Origin: Octopus vulgaris
Lineage: Eukaryota
Assembly: GCA_951406725.2 (NCBI GenBank)
Contig: OX597822.1
Span: 88,164,001 to 88,228,000, forward strand
Direction: 5' to 3'
Length of the DNA: 64,000 nucleotides
Shown: piece after piece, positions 51,859 through 64,000 of the stretch
Layout of the letters: every line of letters begins with the position of its first letter
Numbering within the stretch: position 1 is the first letter of the stretch
Notes under the pieces: model-generated
What the model saw: only the letters and a program-made list of their open reading frames with translations
Databases searched by the model: none
What the model was told of the DNA's origin: nothing
Translations under genes and position numbers: made by a program

Positions 51859-52528
51859 CTAAAAAGTTGTAAAAAAATAAAAAATAGATTGATAGATCAA
51901 TAAATAAATGAAAATAAAAATTTAAAAAATAGGAAAATCCAAAATGTAAAAACTGAACAAAATAAAGAATTCTGATTGTAGATTTTGGTTCAACAATTAT
52001 AGGACTCACATCTCAGTTTATGATCTTAACTAATTTTACAAACTTCATTAACTGATTTTTTCTCCTGGCATATGCACAGGCATGGCTGTGTGGTTAAGAA
52101 GCTCACTTCATTGGCTCAGCAAGAGTGGGTGCAAGGGGTCTGATTGCAATCCCTAAAATTTGGGAGGGAGGCACAAGGAAAATGCTTTGAACATCTTCCT
52201 AAAAAACTTCACCAAAACAGATGAGTGTAGAATTTTGGGACTGATTCTGACACATTACTTTTCCGCTATTGGATTTAACTGATTTGATTGATGCGTGAAT
52301 ATAATAATGGTTTCAAATTTTGGCACAAGGTTAGCAATTTCAGGGAGGGGCTAAGTTGATTACATTAACCCAGTGCTCAACTGGTACTTATTTTATCAAC
52401 TCCAAAAGGGATGAAAGGCAAAATCAATCTTAGTGGAATTTGAACTCAGAACATGCAGACAAAATGTCGCTAAGCATTTTGACCAGAGTGCTAACAATTC
52501 TGCCAGCTCGCTGCCTTAGATGTATAAA

Positions 52529-52561
<33 letters not shown>

Positions 52562-53132
52562 AACAACAACAACAATCCTTTCTACTAAAGGCACAAAGCC
52601 TGAATTTTGGGGGAGGGGACTAGTCAATTACATTGACCCCAGTGTTTCACTAGTTGACCTTCATGGAATTTGAACTCAGAATGCAAAGATGGATGAAATG
52701 TCACTAAGCATTTTGTTTGGCGTGCTAACAATTCTGCCAGCTCACCACCTTAATAATAATGATGATGATGATGATGATGATGATGATTAATAAAGTATTA
52801 TTACACCCACATTTGTTTTGATATTAAGATTGAAAGAAAATTTGAACCTGGGGTTGTACCACCTAAGCAAATTTCATTCCTCCACTTAGGGTGCACTTTG
52901 CAACTAAGTGATTTTGGATTCATTCCACTGCATGGCATCATGGTGAGGGTCTCCTACTATAGCCCTAGATCAACCAATGCATACCTTGTGAAGGAATCTG
53001 GTAGATGGAAACTGTGTGGAAGCCTGCTGTACACACACATACATACACACACACACTCAAGCAAATATATGTGTATATATATATATATATACACACACAC
53101 ATATGTATGTATTAGTGGCATGCAGTGACTTT

Positions 53133-54356
53133 TGAGAGGCAGATGAAAAGTTTATAGGCTGACCAAAATGCTTTCATGGAATGTAACCAAATGCGGTTTA
53201 TTTTTCAACATAGTCCCCACTTACGCTCCACACCACCTACTCCATTGGTGTTGCAGTGCTTGGATCTCATTGCTGCAGATACTTTCATCCTGCTGGTCAA
53301 AAGGTCATCACCTGCAGATATGACATCATCATGACTGCAATACAGGTTCCCAGCCAAGTGTTTTTCATGTTGGAGAACAGATGATAGTCAGATGAGGATA
53401 AATTAGGAGAATAAGAAGGGTGCTCAACCAATTCAAAGCTACAGCCATGCACAGCAGCCATTGAAACCAAGGACGTGTACTGGAGCATTGTCCAGTTTTT
53501 CTGGACAATTGTTAACTGTCTCAGCAAGTTGTACACTCCATTGATGATGTGGCCCTTTTGAAGATAATCAATTAGCGCAAAGCATTTTGACACCAAATAA
53601 CTGATGCCATCACCTTTCCTGCAGATGAAAGGACCTTGGTTTTTTTTTGAGCAGATGAGGAGGGATGTTTCCATTGCATGGATTGTCTCTATATTTTTGA
53701 CATAAAGTGATGAACCTCACACCTCATCATAGGTTAAGAAGCATTCAAGGAGACTAACTGGATCTGCTTTAAACAATGTCAGATTTTCCTATCATGGAAA
53801 ACCTGGTGCACTTTTGATTAGGTGTCAGAAAACATAGCACCCATCAAGCATAAACCGTTGTCACACCAAGTTGTGCAGACTATTCTCAACTCTCTCACAG
53901 GTTATGCTAATAACATTGGATGTTTGATTTATAGTCAATCACCTAATATTCATCGACATGTGGTGAATACGACCAATGTTTTCCTCAGTGGTGGCAGTTG
54001 TAGGATGTCCAAATATTAGGTCATCTTCAAGACTCTCCCTCCCCCTCCTAAATTTAGCTGCCCACTTTTGCATTGTTGATAAAGCAGGAACGTTATCCTG
54101 TAATGTATCAACTATGTCAGCGTGAATGACCTTGTGGGCTAATGCCTTTTCCTGAAGGTACATAACAATACCACAATGCCACATTTTATCTATTTTTGAG
54201 AGAAGTTACTTTTGAAGTCTTCTTTGAACTGTCAGATGTCAGTTTACTTGAAAGGAAACAATGCAGTAATTAATATGTAGAGTGGAAATAAATGCATGTA
54301 AGATTTCTGGCATCCCTCCTTCATAGCCATCCTATGAACTTTTCAGCCCACACTCA
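53133..54356 (-). mobile_element. Decayed near-full-length mariner element
   Basis: HTH-like ORF 53939-54184 (WAAKFRRGRESLEDD) and HPSYSPNLSSSDYHLF, the mariner YSPDLAP motif. Imperfect TIRs containing GAAAAGTT.ATAGG. Confidence 0.85.
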
Positions 54357-54479
54357 TACATATTGGCTGAGCTGATTCAATTTTTAAATTGTTTAATTAA
54401 GAGAACGAAATTAGTTTCACAACATGGTCATGGGGGTCGCTGTTTTAATGCATTTAAAGTTTAAAAAAGATGTACAAAA

Positions 54480-56045
54480 AATTATTATTTACACACCTCA
54501 CTTATAAATTAATTCACTTCTTCGATCTTTCAGGGTGAATGCGTTTATTACATTCTCTTAGAAATTTTCTGTTTTAATCAGTTGTTGGAGTAAATCTTTT
54601 TCAATTGACATAAGAGCCAACCCTGAAAGTCTTTTCTCTCCTGTTGTATTTCTTTGGTAAACTTTGATTCTCTTCAATGCAGAAAAGGGCCACTCTACAG
54701 AGGCAGTTGTAGATGGAATTGTCAAAGTATGGTTGCAAAGATTGAAGAGTTCTGGCATAACTTCAATCAGATCACATATGTAAACGTAATGCATTAAATT
54801 ACTCACACTTTGCTTTTAAAATCTTGCATAGAATACATAACATTTAGTTCCCTCTGTAATCATATTATATCAAAATAACTACCATAAGTGGTTTTTAAAA
54901 AATTTAAAGCATCCGCTGGAAATTTTTTGTAATATTCTTCAATTTTACTGAAGTTGAAAAGTTTTATGAATTCAAGCTCTTCTAAAGATAAGTATCGCAT
55001 TTTTAGTTGATCAACCATTGTGTCAATAATTTTGTTATAGAGCATTCAATAATATTGTTAAAGATCAATAGATTTATTCCTAGATCTATTAATTTCAATT
55101 GTTGCATCAATTCCATATTTTCCCCCTAACATCATAAAATATTGAAAAATCATCGAGTTTATTTTTGAGTATTTTTATCTATTTGTTCTTTGCAATACAT
55201 TATGTCATGGCTTTTAGTTTGAAGGATGTTAAATAAGACATCAGTGAAAGAAAATATGTCACTAAATACTTCTAATAAAAATAAACAATTGGGAGCTTTT
55301 AAATTATCTAAGAATCCAATAGTAAAATTTATGCTTCAGGATTCTCAATGATGTCTTCAGAAAGGCTGATTATGAAATTACAAATTTCTTTTTTAGTAAG
55401 AACAAGACATAAGGAATAGTTCCATCTAGTTCCTGTAGCTTGGGGAAATCTTAACTATGTTATCTAACACATTAAGATCTTTTAAGTGATTTCGTAATAA
55501 ATATACCCAGTTCACTTACTGTAGAAAAAATATCTTGCATTCTTTTATAGCAGAGCATGCTTGTGAAAGAACTAAATTTAGGGCATGAGCACAACAATGA
55601 ACAAAGATCACACATTCATATTTCTCTCTTACCTTTGACTGTAACCCACTTAACTGTCCTGCCATTGTAGCGACACCATCATAGGTTTGCGTAATTAATT
55701 TGTTTCCACATTTCCACGTTTCAATACATTTAAAAATATGTTCAGATAAAGCATTTGCTGAACGATCTGCACTAAAATCATTAAAACTGATAAATCGTTC
55801 TTTAATAACACAATTTTTTGTAAAATAATGTAAAACAGTTGACAGTTGTGAGTATTTTGATACATCAGATGTTTCACTTACAAAATTAGCTGCAAATTTA
55901 ACCTGCTTCAATTCATTTTCTATTTCATCCAATATAACTTTTTGAACTGCATCAATTAAGTCATTTTGAATTCTGCTTGACAGACTTGAGAAAACAGAAG
56001 CTTTATGAAGATGGCTTGCAAAATTTTCGTCATATTTACTAACTT
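54480..56045 (-). mobile_element. Decayed hAT transposase (ZMYM1/THAP12-like type, with hATC dimerisation domain)
   Basis: QTYDGVATMAG...FVHCCAHALNLVL and TIPSTTASVE..FSALKRIK...RLSGLALMSIE, with multiple frameshifts. Confidence 0.85.
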
Positions 56046-57854
56046 AAAAACCACATCCTGTGCAAACTTTTAAGTCAGCTCCTGTAGAAGGCTAATTGGA
56101 CTTGTGGCCCAAGGCTAAAGAGAGCTAAATAGCATGACTATAATACATATATAATGACTATATACCTCGGTGATGTTCGATCAGAGGTTAAGGACAGAGA
56201 ATTAATTCTGTAATGCAATCATTCTATTGTTCCAGTCCCAAGTTGAATTCCAATTGTTGGCCAATTTGTCCCAAAGTTCTTATCTCAACGTAAAATTTAT
56301 GAAGTGAATGTCACTTATCTTCTCCTTGATCTCTGACATCATCTGACAAATGCCAACTAAGATAGTGTGAATCAGCCAAGCTTTACCTGCTAGAATTAAC
56401 AACCCAAATGCTTTTAAATCAGATCCCAATGCTGGATGTTCAAGAACCAAATGAAGGGAAGATTTTCAATCTCAGGATCCTCCTGATTCCAAAAGGGTAT
56501 AATATGTCTATGTAGAGCAAATGTAGACTGAGATACAGGGGTCCCAGACAGACACTTTATTAATATAGATTAAATATAAGAGTTCTTTATAATTTCCGCA
56601 ATTATTGGATTCTTTAGATTCAAAATGAAGCTGAAATAATAATTCTTGGTGACCAAAAAAAAAAAAAAAAAACTGCATCAATCACCGCAGAATGGATCTG
56701 TTTCATCTAACTTCATTATGCTGTTGTATGTTCTGTTTTACTCATGCATCCAATTGCAAGTCTCTCTGAACATTCTCAAATGCTTTAAAACCTATCAAAG
56801 ATTTTATGTCTTTGGGAATGTTCATGTTTTAGCATGGCCATATGTAGATTGTTTAAAACATCCTAACCTTTATATCTCCAAACAGTTTTTTCTAAACTAA
56901 ATAACAAGCATAGCCACCAGAATAATTTATTTAGCATAGCACTTTCATTTCACCATTTTTTCCTTTCTGAAATTGTTAAATACATTTCTTGATAGAACTT
57001 CACAAATTAGGTTTTCTATAACACACATTTCAGTCAGTTGGACTAATATTTCATAAATTCAAAGGATTTTATAAAAGAGATATGCATATACGAGTGTTTA
57101 TGTGTGTGTGTATGTGCACATGTGCGCATGTGTGTATGTGTGCATGAATGCACACATGTGTGTGTTCTGTTGGCAAAAATTAGATCCTAGTATTCTGAAT
57201 GAGAGAACTGATCTTCCAGATAAAGAATTTTGAAACGGCTGTATTAGTGCCTTTGACTGAGGTCAAATGGTGAAATCCATTCAACAATGTGGTTAGTCTT
57301 TAGCGACACCAATTACAAAACAGCTGACAGAGCATAGAGAGAGGTACTGACAAGAAAGAGGAGACCAAAGACAAGAACTTTCATGCATTTTTAACATTGC
57401 ATGACTTTGAAGCTATTTTTAATGGAATGAGAGATATGAGGTTCAAATGGAGTTGTCTTCAATAATCCAAATAATGCTATATTTGTATTGCATCTGACCA
57501 TCTTCTTCTAAGAAGAAACAAATTAACCACTTAGTTTTATTTTCAATGATTTTGATAACTTCTTGACATAGTTACAGTTAAATTACCATCGTAAATTTAG
57601 TTTCGAGTTGTATGAAAGATAAATGGCCATGCAATGCATAGCTGGAGTGTACACCACTGGTATGTATGAGTATGTGTGTGAGTGTGTGTGCCTTTGTCCC
57701 CACTACTACACTCCCCAGTGCATGACAGCCAGTGTTGGTTTGTTTATGTCCTTATAACTTAGCATTTTTGCAAAAAAAATTACTAAAATAAGCATCAAAT
57801 AAAAAAATAAGTAATACAGTTCTATATTTAAGAGATGAGGAATGGTGTATATTA

Positions 57855-58057
57855 TTTACAATTGATGGATATTTGTCCTCATATTGTTTGTTGTTAATAA
57901 TAACAACAACAACAACAACAACAACATTGAAAAATACCTTAGGAATGAGAACCCAGGTTCGAAATTTCCCCAAGACACCTGATGAAGGCTGGAGGGTATA
58001 TCAGCCGAAACGGGTTAACAACAAACAAGATGAGGACAAATATCCATCAATTGTAAA
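57855..58057 (+). mobile_element. Small Penelope pseudo-LTR-like foldback unit with damaged hammerhead, inserted in a SINE
   Basis: 43-bp inverted arms at 57855-57897 and 58015-58057. GACAC-CTGATGA-AGGCTG...CAGCC-GAAAC at 57974-58011. Confidence 0.7.
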
Positions 58058-58845
58058 TTATGTTAAAAAAAGTAAGTACTGGGGGTTGATTTTTTCAACT
58101 AAATCTTTCAAGGTGGTGTTCCAGCATGGTTGCAGTCCAATGATTGAAACAAGTCAAAGATAGAAGATAAAAATAGATAAAATATAGACAACCACTAGTT
58201 CCCCCAGATTCTGGTTTGCATTTCTTTCTTAGATAGTCTCAAGAGAATCTTGTTCTCAGTCTTTAGTCACCTTTCTGTCAAGTTAAATGCAAGAAATGTT
58301 TAGAGTATTTTCCAACGCACTGTAGAGAACCACTGAGAGAATTATGAAATTATAAGTCTTCTACTGACATTGTATACCCCTAGATGTTGTGCCTTCTCCC
58401 CGAGACTAAAGCCACCTAAAAAACACTCATGCCAGTGACACATAAAAGCACCTGTGTCAATAGCACATAAAAGGCACCAAGCACACTCTGTAAAGTGGTT
58501 GGTGTTATGAAGGGCATCCAGCCATAGAAAACATGCCAAAACAGAAAACTGGAGCCTGGACAGATCTCCGGCTGGCCAGTTCCTGTCAAACCATCCAACC
58601 CATGCCAACATAGAAAACAAATGTTAAATGATGTTGATGATGACACTTGTCATAATACCTAGCAGAAAATAGTTACAACTTCACCCAAAAAGTATTGGGC
58701 TTAGCACAAGTGTGAGAAACTACGAGTACATCTATTTATTTGTTTCCATTTTATTTAATTTCAATATCAATGTTCACATGGAAGAAAATTTGCTAATAGA
58801 GGAAAGGTAAAATATATATATATTTATATATATATTTAAACTCAC

Positions 58846-58979
58846 GGTGACATTTGTTCCAAAGCATGATCTTGGATAAGAATAAATGCTCCAGAAACAA
58901 TAGCATCAAAATAACTTGGAATCAGGTAACGAGGCATCATTTTCAATTGGGCAAAGACCTTTTCGAACCATTCACCAAG
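58846..58979 (-). CDS. AGL: AGL exon
   Basis: Encodes LGEWFEKVFAQLKMMPRYLIPSYFDAIV...QMSP. Confidence 0.96.
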
Positions 58980-59117
58980 CTGAAACAAAAGAACAAACAA
59001 ACAAGGAAAAAACAATAAAACAAAATAAAGCAAATGAAATGAAAACCCATTCAAAATTTAAAAAATACAAGTTATTTTAAATATATCTATTTATTATGAG
59101 AATGATAAATGACATAC

Positions 59118-59251
59118 CAACTTAGTGCCATCATGTACTGCCAGCCGTTTCACAATGTAATCACAGAGCCAGTCTCCTTCTCTAAGGTTGTCACATAGAG
59201 GATGTCCAAGGTCATTGTTGATACGAACCTTGTCAAGAAGTTCTGAAACAC
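59118..59251 (-). CDS. AGL: AGL exon
   Basis: Encodes GVSELLDKVRINNDLGHPLCDNLREGDWLCDYIVKRL. Confidence 0.96.
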
Positions 59252-59355
59252 CTATTGAAATAATTTAATCAGTCAGCATTCTTCAAAAAAGATACATTGT
59301 TTTCCTTTTTATATGATAGTTACAGGGACACAGAAATTGTAATGAAAGAAATCAT

Positions 59356-59387
<32 letters not shown>

Positions 59388-60596
59388 TTTATTATCCTTA
59401 TTACATGCTGGCAAGGACTGGACAATTTACTCAGATCTGACTGTCCAAGTACTGCATCATGCTCCACTGTCCTCTTTGGCATGGCTTCTACAACCAGATG
59501 CTCTTACCAACACCAAAGAAGTTTAAGAAGTATACTGGATGCTTTTTTCACAACACCAGTACTAGTGAGGTCACTGGGCAGCTTGAAAGACAACATATTC
59601 CAATAGAGTCAGTTTCTCAAGAAGCAGAAAGATAAATGACTGTTTTTTGTTCTCCATTGGCATCCATTTGTTTCAGTATGATCTTGATGTTAAGACAAAG
59701 AATGTTTTAATGGTTTTATAAAGCTCTGTGGAGAAGTGATAAATCTTCCTCTACATAAGACTCCTTGACTAAGTGGGTTTTGTAGAGAAAGGGATAGCTT
59801 TACACCATGTTGTGAGAGGTTAAAGTATAATAGACAGGTACAGGTGCTTTGCTGTAGAGGAGATATATGGCTGTCCTGCATTATATAAGAGTAGGTGGGA
59901 GTAACAGGTGGCAAGGTATCAGAGTATGCCATCAAGGAGGGTAGGTATAAGAGAAAATATGGATAGAGAGTTGAGAAGGGTAGATGGGTAAGTGCTTAAT
60001 ATTGTGAGAGGAGAATGACAGACTGTTAGAGATGAGGTAGAGGTGAATGATGAACAAGAGTGGAGGTGTATTTGATGGCAAATATCATTTTGGAGATGAA
60101 AGTAAAAGAAATAGGAGTGGTTCAGGAATGAGTTGATAAGGAGTAGTATAAGAAGAGTGGAGAGCAGCAGTATAATAAGCCTGCAGACAGATCAAAAATA
60201 GGGAGATGTAGGCTGAGAGAATGTGGGAAAGAGGGAGATATACAGTGACAAAGATAGAAGCCAGTGGTATGCAGGGGTGCCTATGGTGAATGAGGGATAA
60301 AGTTGGTGGGGGCAGATATGCCAGAGTGATAAAAATGATAGTGGATATGAGAGTGTTGAAAATGAGGTATAGCAGTACTAAGATGTAGCTCAGAAAAGGA
60401 GAGAAACTGGAAGCACAGAAAGCAGTAATCATTGGAAAATAAAATGGGAAGGGACGATATTGAAAATGTGGGATGGACTTTAAAAGGAAATGGTTCCAGC
60501 ACAGGGGGAAGGTAATTAGTAGCACAAAGGGGGATGATAATGTCTATTTATGTTATCTAAAACAATTTACATGTAGTATAGACAACATATAGAGTG

Positions 60597-60941
60597 AAGG
60601 TACATGGCTCAGTGGTTAGAGCATCGGCATCACAATCATGAGGTAGTGAGTTTGATTCCCAGACTGGGCTCTGTGCTGTATTCTTGAGCAAAACACTTTA
60701 TTTCATGTTGCTCCAGTTCACTCAGCTGTAGAAATGAGTTGCAACATCACTGGTGTCAAGCTGTATCAGCCATTGCTTTTCCCTTGGATAGCTTCAGTGG
60801 CACAGAGAGGGGAGGCTGGTATGCATGAGCAACTTCTGGTCTTCATTAAACAACCTTGTCTGGAGTTGTGCCTCGGAAGGGGAACTTTCTAGGTGCAATC
60901 CCATGGTCATTCATGACCAAAGGGGATTTTTACCCTTTACC
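60597..60941 (+). mobile_element. tRNA-derived SINE (family 2)
   Basis: A box TGGCTCAGTGG, B-box-like GAGTTTGATTCC, and a (TTTACCC)2 tail. Confidence 0.72.
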
Positions 60942-61082
60942 CAGAGTGAAACTGTATTGTTTTGACACTTATATCCTTAGAACTTTTAGTGATATACTCC
61001 TCGCCCTACTAAATCAAATTCACTTTGTTTTGATTTCTAAGAATAATGTGAAAAAAAGAAAACATTTGAAAATGCCAATTAC

Positions 61083-61348
61083 CTTGAAGACCACAGTAAT
61101 TCAAATGACCGTACTTTGGTATTTCATAGGAACTTATACCAAATCCATCATTTTCCTCTTCTTGGGCCACACGATACATAACGCGGTTAAGATTATCATA
61201 GTTCAAGTGTTCAATAATCTCTCGGAAGCTACTGGGTTCTTTATCAAACAGTGAACGTCCACTGTAAGACCTCATTAAATAGCCAAATTCATTGAGATAA
61301 CTTCTCACTTTGAGAATACAATCTTTCGCTTGTGCTGGAAGAGACATT
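61083..61348 (-). CDS. AGL: AGL exon
   Basis: Encodes MSLPAQAK...LNRVMYRVAQEEENDGFGISSYEIPKYGHLNYCGLQG. Confidence 0.95.
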
Positions 61349-61536
61349 CTATAAGAACATAAAGCAAAGTTAGCATTAGTTAAAGATTGCAGCAGGAACA
61401 TAAGAATTAACAGGAATGACCAAAAGGTTAGAAAATATATGCCAACTATCTTGAATATAGTGAATTATAAACAATACATACATACATACATACATACATA
61501 CATACACACACATACATACATACATACATACATACA

Positions 61537-61568
<32 letters not shown>

Positions 61569-62605
61569 AATAACAAATTAATAAATAAAACATATGCATA
61601 TATACATACATACATGTACGTACCTACATCAACATGTATATATACATGCATATATGGGTACAGGACACCAAAAAACGTCAAACACAATGAGAAACGAAAA
61701 CATAAACACAAAATCAAGGAAATGGAGATTTTTCTTAAACAACGAAAAAATAGAGTACAGGACATACAACACATGGAAAATTCCCCTTCTTCAGTCGCCT
61801 CTGTTTCATCTACTCCGCGTTTCGAAGGTCAAGGTGAAACACGATTTCGGTGAAACATTCCTTCCCACAAAAAGCAAATTAAATAAAATTTGAGATTTTT
61901 TTGCGGAGGGGTAAAAATGGTAACAAAAACAGGACAGTAAAGACAGTACAAATTATAAACAGTAAAAGACAGGGCGAGGAGAATAATTATCATAGACCAT
62001 ATACGAATAATAACATTGACAGAAATATAGAAGACATGTTTAGTTTACAGTATAACTGAATAATAGACTTAGGAAGCATTTCTATAATTTATAATAAATA
62101 CCATATATCTAATATTGCCTGTTATAGTGTATACTGCACAGTGTACAATGTACCATACTGTATAACTGGTTATAACTTTCATAGTGTACAGTGTGCACTA
62201 CTGTACATCTAATATTGCTTTCAAATTTTGGCACAAGGCCAGCAATTTTTGGGTAGGAGGTAGATTGATTACATCACAACCAATGCTCAACTAGTACCAA
62301 TTTTATTGATCCTGAAAGGATGCAAAGCAAAGTTGACCTCAGCAGAATTTGAACTCAGAACATAGATAGACAAAATGTCATTAAGAATCTTGGTTGGCAT
62401 ACTAATGATTCTGCCTTCCTGTATATCTAATATTACTCGTCACAGTGTACAGTACAATATAAATGAACAGCCTACCAACACAACATTAAAAATTTTTTTA
62501 ACCATATAGGCAGCAACTTATAACCAGAGATAACACACAACATATCAACAGTAGCATGATCAGATAAAAATGTTGCAAAGACTGATAAATGTAATTCTAA
62601 CTTAC

Positions 62606-62828
62606 TTAATTGCAATAACACTGCTGGGTGGGAAGTTTTTGAAATTAATTTCAACGCAGTTTTTATCAGATTTTGAAATGTGGATCATTTCACTGAAATT
62701 GACTTTAATATGTTCCACCAGGTTAAGTCGATAATCAGGTAAACCGTTGATATACTCGTGATCCATATGATACTCACAGCCTTCGCGGTGAACCAGTTTC
62801 ATTTCAAAAATGATTTCATCCACAACAC
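62606..62828 (-). CDS. AGL: AGL exon (most 5' exon in window)
   Basis: Encodes GVVDEIIFE...YINGLPDY...INFKNFPPSSVIAIK. caatag| acceptor and |gtaag donor. Confidence 0.93.
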
Positions 62829-63533
62829 CTATTGATGAAAAAATATCAAACCAGAAATGTGTATTAGCAAAGGATTATTTGATACAATTAGAGTTAGTTT
62901 AATTAGATATCAATGACTTTGGTTATATCCCTCACATATCAGAAGTTAAATTATCTGTTATAAGGAAAAAAAATGGTTCTATTTTGTAATGATTGACTGG
63001 GTGAGGTCTAATCAAAATTTAATAAAATCATCATCATCATAATTGCTTTATGTCCATATTTTTTATGTAGGCATGGTTTGGATGGTTCAACTGGAACCAA
63101 TGAGCCAAGTACTAATGTCAGTTTTGGCGTGGTTTCCATGACTGGATGCTCTTCCTAATGCCAATCACTTTACACAGTATACAGGTTGCTTTTTTATGGC
63201 ATAGGCACTAGTGAGGTAACCAAGTAATTTGCAAGACAAGATTGCTCAGCTGAGTGGAGGTATTGTACTGAGGGAAGTAAAAGTATGATAGAGTGACAGG
63301 AACAGGTGTCTTGCTGGAAAGGAGATACGAGGCTTCTCCAGTTATATATATAACAGGTCACGGTCTCAACGCGACGAAAATATTTTGGCAAATTAAATTT
63401 ATGTGTTGAAGTGAATCTAACGGTTCTTTTGTGTGTTTCTTAAATGCCTTATAAACACCTTCCACACTGCAATTGTTTTCGTTCCAGCACACGATCTCAG
63501 ATCAGGTCACTTGCTATGCAAGTATATCTCCGT

Positions 63534-63621
<88 letters not shown>

Positions 63622-64000
63622 TGAGGGCATATCTTCAAGGGGAATATAAGAGAGAGAATAGGAACAGATGATTGGAAAGGGTGGGTGGATAAGTAAATTT
63701 GCAAGAGTGTGAAAGGAATGTGACAAATAGTCAGAGATGAGAATTGCAGTGGATGTAGTGATGAAGCACTTGGGTGAAGGCATGATCATTATTATCATCA
63801 TCATCAACATTTAACATCTGTTTTCCATGCTGGAATGGTTTGGACAACTTGACAAGAACTGACAAGTCCAGGGGTCACACTATGGCTGGAGACCCTTCTC
63901 AATGCCAACCATTCTACAGAGTGTGCTGAGTGCTTTTTACATGGCAACATCACCAATGCTTTTTAAGTGGTAAAAGCACCAGTGCTTTTTATGTGGCACC

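Noticed and set aside
56340-56500. Candidate missing AGL exon ending CTAGCAG|GTAAAG
   Set aside because: The translation is not AGL-like. The exon at 51677-51858 fills the gap with the correct phases.
59690-60530. Hydrophobic ORFs in a purine-rich tract
   Set aside because: Strand-biased low-complexity or very old LINE debris with no conserved motifs.
60597-60670. tRNA gene
   Set aside because: No full cloverleaf, and it continues into a SINE body. It is a SINE head.
61780-61870. Permuted hammerhead on the - strand (CGAAACGCG ... CTGAAGAAGGGG)
   Set aside because: No NUH triplet or stem I pairing could be built. It may be PLE-derived, but a ribozyme call is not supportable.

Overview
AT-rich, intron- and repeat-rich animal DNA. 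The repeat families and long (TA)n tracts suggest an Octopus genome; this is inference from recalled repeat families. The window holds the 3' ends of two convergent spliced genes. (1) Laminin alpha chain, + strand: 7 exons from 1967 to TAA at 19713-19715, giving 335 aa of LG4-LG5. (2) Glycogen debranching enzyme AGL, - strand: 15 exons from 62828 to TGA at 35036-35034, giving 761 aa. All introns I assembled are GT-AG with matching phases. Introns and the 15 kb intergenic gap contain RTE and CR1-type LINE pieces sitting inside (TA)n tracts, a decayed Penelope-like element, Helitron-type elements, piggyBac/hAT MITEs, pogo, mariner and hAT transposase remnants, an LTR with a tRNA-Trp PBS, and many tRNA-derived SINEs. 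The most interesting unannotated signal is a set of type I hammerhead ribozyme motifs, one with a complete consensus core, found mostly inside foldback/inverted-repeat units. Several near-perfect long hairpins lie in or near the transcribed regions. Most ORFs in the supplied track are microsatellite or antisense artefacts.
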